From positions 1 to 38,468 of the forward strand of contig SCTU01000244.1 in assembly GCA_004297315.1 (NCBI GenBank): a stretch of DNA of 38,468 nucleotides, given 5' to 3'. The notes below the pieces were generated by a model. That model was not told where the DNA came from and did no database searches. It saw only the letters and a program-made list of their open reading frames with translations. This DNA is from Dehalococcoidia bacterium. Its GTDB lineage: Bacteria; Chloroflexota; Dehalococcoidia; UBA2979. Positions 33,590 to 38,468 of this stretch are shown one piece after another. The first letter of the stretch is position 1. Each line of letters begins with the position of its first letter. A program made the translations under genes and the position numbers.

Positions 33590-34822
33590 CTAGCCGCGAG
33601 GCAGGCCCAGGCCGCGCGTCGCGATGATGTTGCGCTGCACCTCGGAGGTACCACCGCGGATCGTCGCCGGGACCGAGCGGATGTAGTCATCCGCGAACGA
33701 GACCGCGACGTGGTCACCCTCGTTGCGCTCCTGCCACAGGTTCGCATAGAGCCCGAACATCTTCGTGCCCGTACGCGCCAGCGACTGCGACAACTCGGAG
33801 TTGAAGAGCTTCGAGGTAGACGCCTCGTAGTTCGGCAACTGGCCGGCATTGTGCATCGAGATCACGCGGAACGAGAATTGGTACATGACCTCGCTCTGGA
33901 TGTAGCAGTCCGCGAGCGCGTGCCGGCGGACCTCTCCGCCCGCCTGGCCGAGCGTCGAGCGCGCCTGGCCGTCCGGCGTCGAGAGGTGCTGCAGCAGGCC
34001 CTCGATCGTCTTGCGCGCGGAGACCGCGCCACCGATGTTGGAGCGCTCGTAGTCCAGCAGCGTCATGCCAACGTACCAGCCGCGGTTCTCCTCGCCGAGC
34101 ACGTGATCCACCGGCACACGGACGTCCTCGAAGAACGTCTCATTGAAGTAGTGGTGGTTGCCCATGTCGGTCAGCGGCCGGACCGTCAGCCCGGGCGTCT
34201 TGATGTCGTCGATCACGATGAACGTGATCCCGCGGTGTTTGGGCGCGTTCGGGTCCGTGCGGACCATCGCGAAGATCGCGTCGGCGAGGTGCGCGGCGGA
34301 CGTCCAGATCTTCTGCCCGTTGACGACGTACACGTCGCCGTCGCGCACGGCTTTCGTGGTCAGGGACGCGAGGTCGGACCCGGCGCCCGGCTCGGAAAAG
34401 CCCTGCGCCCACGCCGTCTCACCGTTGAGGATGGCGGGGAGGTACTTCTCCTTTTGATCCGGCCGGCCGTGGATGATCATCGCGGGGCCGAGGAGCCCGA
34501 CGCCGGAACCGCCGACGCCAGGGGCGCCCGCAAGCGCCATCTCCTGGTTCAGGACGAACTGCTCCATAGGCTTCAGGCCCCCGCCGCCGTATTCCTTCGG
34601 CCAGTGCGGGGCGACCCAGCCCTTCTCGCGCAGCGCAGCGGCCCACTCCGACGCCGCCTGGCGCACGGCTGGGTCCGAAGACTTCCGGTCGTTCTCCCAC
34701 TGCCGTTCGCCCTGGTGAATCTCCTGGGCGAGGACCTGATAGCGCTTCGGCATCTTCGCCCGGATGTGCTCTTTCACCTGAGTCCGGAAAGCTGCCTGTT
34801 CTGGCGTATCGTTCCAGTCCAA
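33590..34822 (-). CDS. Acyl-CoA dehydrogenase (paralog of 25860..27065)
   Basis: The protein shares MDWND.P.QAAFR, WPKEYGGGGL, QGFSEPGAGSDLASLTTKAVRDGD.YVVNGQKIWTS, FNETFFEDVRVPV and GGTSEVQRNIIATRGLGLPRG with the other copy. Confidence 0.9.
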   Translation of the reverse strand: MDWNDTPEQAAFRTQVKEHIRAKMPKRYQVLAQEIHQGERQWENDRKSSDPAVRQAASEWAAALREKGWVAPHWPKEYGGGGLKPMEQFVLNQEMALAGAPGVGGSGVGLLGPAMIIHGRPDQKEKYLPAILNGETAWAQGFSEPGAGSDLASLTTKAVRDGDVYVVNGQKIWTSAAHLADAIFAMVRTDPNAPKHRGITFIVIDDIKTPGLTVRPLTDMGNHHYFNETFFEDVRVPVDHVLGEENRGWYVGMTLLDYERSNIGGAVSARKTIEGLLQHLSTPDGQARSTLGQAGGEVRRHALADCYIQSEVMYQFSFRVISMHNAGQLPNYEASTSKLFNSELSQSLARTGTKMFGLYANLWQERNEGDHVAVSFADDYIRSVPATIRGGTSEVQRNIIATRGLGLPRG

Positions 34823-34905
34823 CCTGAACCTCTTTCGTCGGCCGTGGACGGCCTTCGCTGCACTAGGGGCGATAATACACGCAATCGCACGCCTGATCGG
34901 CGGCC

Positions 34906-35307
34906 CTAGTGCGCGTCCCTCGCGACGATCTGCAGGAGCAACCCGCCGGCCTGCGCGGGGTGCACAAAGACCTGCCCCTTCACCGGGTTTCCCTCGCCGG
35001 GGTCGCCGATGAGCCGTACGCCCTGCTTGCGCAGCCGCGCGACGGTCCCGTCCAAGTCGTCCACGCGCACCGCCACGAGGTGGACGCCCTGCCCCGTGTT
35101 TTGGATCTTGCGGGCGACAGGCCCCGTCTCGTCCGTCGGCGAGACCAGTTCCAGCATGGTCTTGTCGGGCATGTCGAAATGCGCGTTGTCGAAACCGGGC
35201 GCCTTGCCGCGGCGCGACACGGGGACGCCGAGGATCGCCTCGTACTGCTTGATCCCGGCTTCGAGATCGCTCACTGCGATCACGACGTGGTCAACACCCT
35301 CAAACAT
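34906..35307 (-). CDS. VOC (glyoxalase/bleomycin-resistance) family protein, methylmalonyl-CoA epimerase-like
   Basis: MFEGVDHVVIAVSDLEAGIKQYEAILG...LELVSPTDETGPVARKIQNTGQGVHLVAVRVDDLDGTVARLRKQGVRL...VFVHPAQAGGLLLQIV follows the epimerase pattern. The ATG at 35305-35307 was chosen. Confidence 0.7.
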   Translation of the reverse strand: MFEGVDHVVIAVSDLEAGIKQYEAILGVPVSRRGKAPGFDNAHFDMPDKTMLELVSPTDETGPVARKIQNTGQGVHLVAVRVDDLDGTVARLRKQGVRLIGDPGEGNPVKGQVFVHPAQAGGLLLQIVARDAH

Positions 35308-35356
35308 CGTTCCCCCACCCTTTCGTGATGCGGCAATTGACGCGCCATGCGGCGCG

Positions 35357-36652
35357 CTAGCCGTTCCCCACGCCAACCACTTGTTGCGTCACCAGCGCAC
35401 GAATCTCGTCGTCCGACAGCCCGTGCTCACGCAGCACATCCACCGTGTCGCCGCCGACCATCGGCGCCGGGCCCTGGATGCGCACCGGTGTCTCCGACAT
35501 CAAGGCCACCGGACCCACGACCTTCTGCGGGCCCGACAGCGGATGCACGAGTTCGGTCATCATGCCCAGGGCGACGACCTGCGGGTCCTCGGACATTTCC
35601 TCGGGGAAATTAACCGGGGAACAAGGGACGCCTGCGGCCTCGAAGTCCTTCACCCACTCGTCGAGCGAACGTGTGAGCATCAGTGCGCAGATGCGTTCCC
35701 AGTGCGCCTCGCCGGCGGCGATGTTCGCCGGGTCCATCGCGTCGAAGTCGGGCATGTCGCTGCGGTCGTCGGTGATCCCCATCACGCGGCGGGCGGCGTT
35801 CCGGGTGGCGGGCGTCAGCGCGCCCAACACGATGAACTGTCCGTCGCCCGTCTGGTAGCCGCCGTAGTACCCCTTTAGCGCGGCACGCTGGCCCCGGCCG
35901 CGTGACCGCGCCTCCAGCAACTCCGTGTACGGGGCGCGGCTGGCCCGGAGCCGGCGGATCTCTTCCACCATCGGGTCGCGCCCGGCCGCGTCGCTGACGG
36001 GCTCGCGCATGACGGAGGTGTCCTGGATTGCGAGCGCCGCCCGCAGCAGCGATGTCTCGATCTTCTGGCCCACGCCGGTGCGTTCGCGGTTCACGAGCGC
36101 CGCGTTGATCGCGGCGGCCGCGGAGAACCCGGCGCAGTAGTCGGCCACGGAACTGCTCGTGATCCCCAGCGGAAGGCCGTTCGGGTCGACCTTTGCCTCA
36201 CCGACCATCAGGCCGGAGTAGGCCACGCCCACGATGTCCGTCCCCGCGCGGTTCTTCAGCGGGCCGCCATCGCCAAACCCCGTGATCTGGCAGTAGATCA
36301 GTCGCGGGTTGTACTTCCGCAACGTCTCGTAGTCGATCCCGAGGCGCTCCGGCACGCCGACGCGGTAGTTGACCGTGACGACGTCGAAGTCCGGCAGCAG
36401 CCGGTAGATCACCTCGCGTCCCTGCGGCGTGGAGAGGTCCACGGCCAGCGACCGCTTCCCGCGGTTCAGCGACTGGAAGCGCTTGCCCAGCCCCGGGATG
36501 ATGGCGCCCATGTTGCGGTGCGGGTCACCGCCCAGCGCCTCCACCTTCACCACCTCGGCGCCCAGGTCCGAGAGGATGCAGCCGCAGAACGGCGCAGCCA
36601 CGATCACCGAGAACTCGAGGACCCGGAACCCTCGGAGCGGCCCGTCGGACAT
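35357..36652 (-). CDS. Family III CoA-transferase (CaiB/BaiF family)
   Basis: LRGFRVLEFSVIVAAPFCGCILSDLGAEVVKVEALGGDP supports the call. The ATG at 36650-36652 has GGGGA upstream. Confidence 0.85.
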   Translation of the reverse strand: MSDGPLRGFRVLEFSVIVAAPFCGCILSDLGAEVVKVEALGGDPHRNMGAIIPGLGKRFQSLNRGKRSLAVDLSTPQGREVIYRLLPDFDVVTVNYRVGVPERLGIDYETLRKYNPRLIYCQITGFGDGGPLKNRAGTDIVGVAYSGLMVGEAKVDPNGLPLGITSSSVADYCAGFSAAAAINAALVNRERTGVGQKIETSLLRAALAIQDTSVMREPVSDAAGRDPMVEEIRRLRASRAPYTELLEARSRGRGQRAALKGYYGGYQTGDGQFIVLGALTPATRNAARRVMGITDDRSDMPDFDAMDPANIAAGEAHWERICALMLTRSLDEWVKDFEAAGVPCSPVNFPEEMSEDPQVVALGMMTELVHPLSGPQKVVGPVALMSETPVRIQGPAPMVGGDTVDVLREHGLSDDEIRALVTQQVVGVGNG

Positions 36653-36677
36653 CCTGTCCCCTTTCTGGCCTCTCGTC

Positions 36678-36702
36678 AGCACGCCCCCGAAGCGGGGGCG
36701 TG
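36678..36702 (-). other. Intercistronic 10-bp GC hairpin between an ACAD gene and a CoA-transferase gene
   Basis: GCACGCCCCC GAAGC GGGGGCGTGC. There is no U-tract on the minus strand. It may be an mRNA stability or processing element rather than a terminator. Confidence 0.35.
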
Positions 36703-36733
36703 CTCTTCAAACTCACAGGGAGCGAGTCGAGAA

Positions 36734-37867
36734 CTACTCGATCGTTTCGATCAGGTTCGCGATCTGCTTCCGGTGGTAGCGAGGCTCACCGAGTGCGGCG
36801 TACAGCGAGCGGGACTGGCGCGTGTAGAGCGTCAGGCCGTACGAACGCATGATGCCGGTGCCCGCGTGGACCTCGTGCGAGTAGTCGCACGCCTTGCGGT
36901 ACCCCTCGCTTGCCAGCGTCTTCGCGAGGTGCACTCCGACGCGGGCATCCTGGCCCGTGTCGAGCTTCCAGAGCACCTCGTTGGTGGTCCAGCGCGCGGC
37001 GTCCAGGTGGTTGACTAGCTGGACGATGTGGTTCTGCACGAACTGGAACCGGCCGATCGGGCGGCCGAACTGCACGCGGTCGCGGCTGTACTGGACGGCC
37101 ATGTCACATACGGCCTGCGCGCCGCCGACCTTGTAGGCGCAGAGGATCGGCGTGGCGTACATGATCGCCCGGTCCAGGGCGGCCTTGACGCCGTTCACCT
37201 TGCCGAGCAGGTTGGCCTTCGGCACCTTCACGTTGTTGAAGGTGACTTCGCTCTCCGACGTGGTGAAGCCGTCGAGCTTGCGCCGCGTGACGCCCGGCGC
37301 CTTCGCGTCGACCATCAGGAGGCTGATGTCGTCCGCACCGTCACCGGTGCGGACAGCCGTGATCACCCAGTCCGCGACGTGGCCGTCGTACACGAAGAGC
37401 TTCGTGCCGTTGAGGACGTAGTCGCTGCCGGACTCGGTCGGGCGCAGGCGGACGCCCGCGGGGCCCCACTGGTAGTCCGGCTCCGTCATCGCGAACGCAG
37501 CGACGATGTCGCCCGCAGCGATCGACGGCAGGAACTGCTTCTTCTGCTCTTCGCTGCCGGCCTGCAGGATGATCTGGCCGCAGAGGATGCCGGAACTGAA
37601 CATCGGCCCCGGGACCGGGCCCTTGCCCAGGGCCTCGTAGACCGCTGCCGTCGTGGAGAAGTCGCTACCGCCACCGCCGTACTGCTCCGGGATCATCATC
37701 CCGACCCAGCCGAGTTCAGAAGCCGTGCGCCAGATCTCGTCCGAGTAGCCGCGTTCGGTCTGCTGCAACTCGATCAACTTGTCGCGGTTGGCGTCCCGCG
37801 CGATGAAGTCCTCGACCGTCTTCTGCAGCATCCGCTGCGTCTCGTTGAGAGAGAGATCCATACTCAA
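36734..37867 (-). CDS. Acyl-CoA dehydrogenase
   Basis: Supporting motifs are IPEQYGGGGSDF, AFAMTEPDYQWG, VLNGTKLFV and FNNVKVPKANLLG, with a C-terminal helical domain. Confidence 0.85.
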   Translation of the reverse strand: MSMDLSLNETQRMLQKTVEDFIARDANRDKLIELQQTERGYSDEIWRTASELGWVGMMIPEQYGGGGSDFSTTAAVYEALGKGPVPGPMFSSGILCGQIILQAGSEEQKKQFLPSIAAGDIVAAFAMTEPDYQWGPAGVRLRPTESGSDYVLNGTKLFVYDGHVADWVITAVRTGDGADDISLLMVDAKAPGVTRRKLDGFTTSESEVTFNNVKVPKANLLGKVNGVKAALDRAIMYATPILCAYKVGGAQAVCDMAVQYSRDRVQFGRPIGRFQFVQNHIVQLVNHLDAARWTTNEVLWKLDTGQDARVGVHLAKTLASEGYRKACDYSHEVHAGTGIMRSYGLTLYTRQSRSLYAALGEPRYHRKQIANLIETIE

Positions 37868-37909
37868 TAACCCCCGTAGTCTCGGCCTCTTGCTGCGTGC
37901 GCGGTCGGT

Positions 37910-38468
37910 TTACTCGACGGTCTTGCCGGCGGCCTCCGCCTCGTCGCGGCCGAGGCCCATACGACGCGCCATCAGCACCTTCTGCACGTCGGCCGTGCCG
38001 CCTGGGTGCAGCGAGGTGATCGCCCCACGGTGGTAGGCGTCCAGCGCCCCCTTGGAGAAGTCAAAGTTGCCGCCATTGATGAGCGACGACGGCCCGAAGA
38101 GCTCCTGAAGGTTGGTGGTGATGTCCAGGCCCGTGAGCTTCCGGTAGTACGACGACTGCGAGCCCTCGTACGACATCTTCTGGTGCGTGCGGTTCATCCA
38201 GTAGTTGCGCAGGCCGAAGAGCCGCGAGACCTCCGTCAGGACGAAGATGTCGGCCAGGCGGTCGCGCGCCTCGGGGTCCTGGATCAAGGGACGGCCGCCA
38301 CGCTTCTCGGCCTTCGCCCACTCGACAGCGCGCTCGAACCATTTGTTGCGGCCGATCGAGCCGCCGCCGCCGTGCTCCAACTCCAGGTGCGTGCTCGCCA
38401 CCTGCCAGCCGTTGTTCGCGCCGCCGACGAGGTTCCGAGCGGGGACGCGCGCGTCCTCGAAGTAAACG
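37910..38468 (-). CDS. Acyl-CoA dehydrogenase, C-terminal part (the 5' end lies outside the window)
   Basis: The frame stays open upstream of the track Met to the window edge. Hand translation there gives VYFEDARVPARNLVGGANNGWQVASTHLELEHGGGG. The C-terminus carries HPGGTADVQKVLMARRMGL. Confidence 0.8.
   Translation of the reverse strand, partial: VYFEDARVPARNLVGGANNGWQVASTHLELEHGGGGSIGRNKWFERAVEWAKAEKRGGRPLIQDPEARDRLADIFVLTEVSRLFGLRNYWMNRTHQKMSYEGSQSSYYRKLTGLDITTNLQELFGPSSLINGGNFDFSKGALDAYHRGAITSLHPGGTADVQKVLMARRMGLGRDEAEAAGKTVE

Noticed and set aside
1-38468. I searched for mobile elements, CRISPR arrays, toxin-antitoxin pairs and recognisable phage-defence genes.
   Set aside because: I recognised no transposase, integrase or recombinase motifs, no spaced direct-repeat arrays, and no nuclease, helicase, methylase or STAND-type defence signatures in any frame. 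The novelty candidates here are redox and regulatory genes rather than defence genes.

Overview
The window is a high-GC bacterial chromosomal segment with no rRNA, tRNA, CRISPR array, transposase or integrase that I can see. Lipoprotein-tethered cytochromes c, many LLM/F420-type oxidoreductases and many CaiB and ACAD paralogs suggest a monoderm Chloroflexota- or Actinomycetota-like organism; this taxonomic guess is inference only. The layout is as follows. (1) Bases 1-377 hold the 3' end of an nrdJ-like ribonucleotide reductase gene. (2) Bases ~800-11705 hold the most interesting part, a co-directional minus-strand cluster. Its order is GAF-histidine kinase, NarL-type regulator, His-rich beta-propeller lipoprotein, two tethered c-type cytochromes, a Cys-less cupredoxin-like lipoprotein, an FMN-binding-domain protein, ApbE, an NqrB/RnfD-like membrane protein and an alpha/beta-hydrolase lipoprotein. 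A divergent pair encodes a small secreted His-start peptide and a CcdA-type thiol-reductant transporter fusion. I cannot match this combination to a described system; it resembles nos (N2O reductase) loci in parts list but not in detail. (3) Bases 11.7-17 kb hold a 25-bp perfect hairpin, an LLM oxidoreductase, a divergent Fe-ADH-fold protein, a four-gene operon of small stress-type proteins (one 49-aa ORF is absent from the ORF track) and thpR. (4) Bases 17-21.8 kb hold a sortase-fold lipoprotein with Ser in place of the nucleophilic Cys, a soluble orphan histidine kinase, an unusual SARP-BTAD-S24 peptidase fusion regulator, small envelope proteins and a CinA-domain protein. (5) Bases 21.9-25.6 kb hold a frameshifted family-5 ABC substrate-binding protein, a rhodanese sulfurtransferase and a second LLM oxidoreductase. 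(6) Bases 25.8-38.5 kb hold an acyl-CoA metabolism island with 5 acyl-CoA dehydrogenases, 3 family-III CoA-transferases, an enoyl-CoA hydratase, a VOC/epimerase-like protein and an FmdB zinc ribbon. This island is interrupted by two ABC permease genes that lack partner ATPase and binding-protein genes. All family calls are by-eye motif recognition on the supplied translations. No database search was run.
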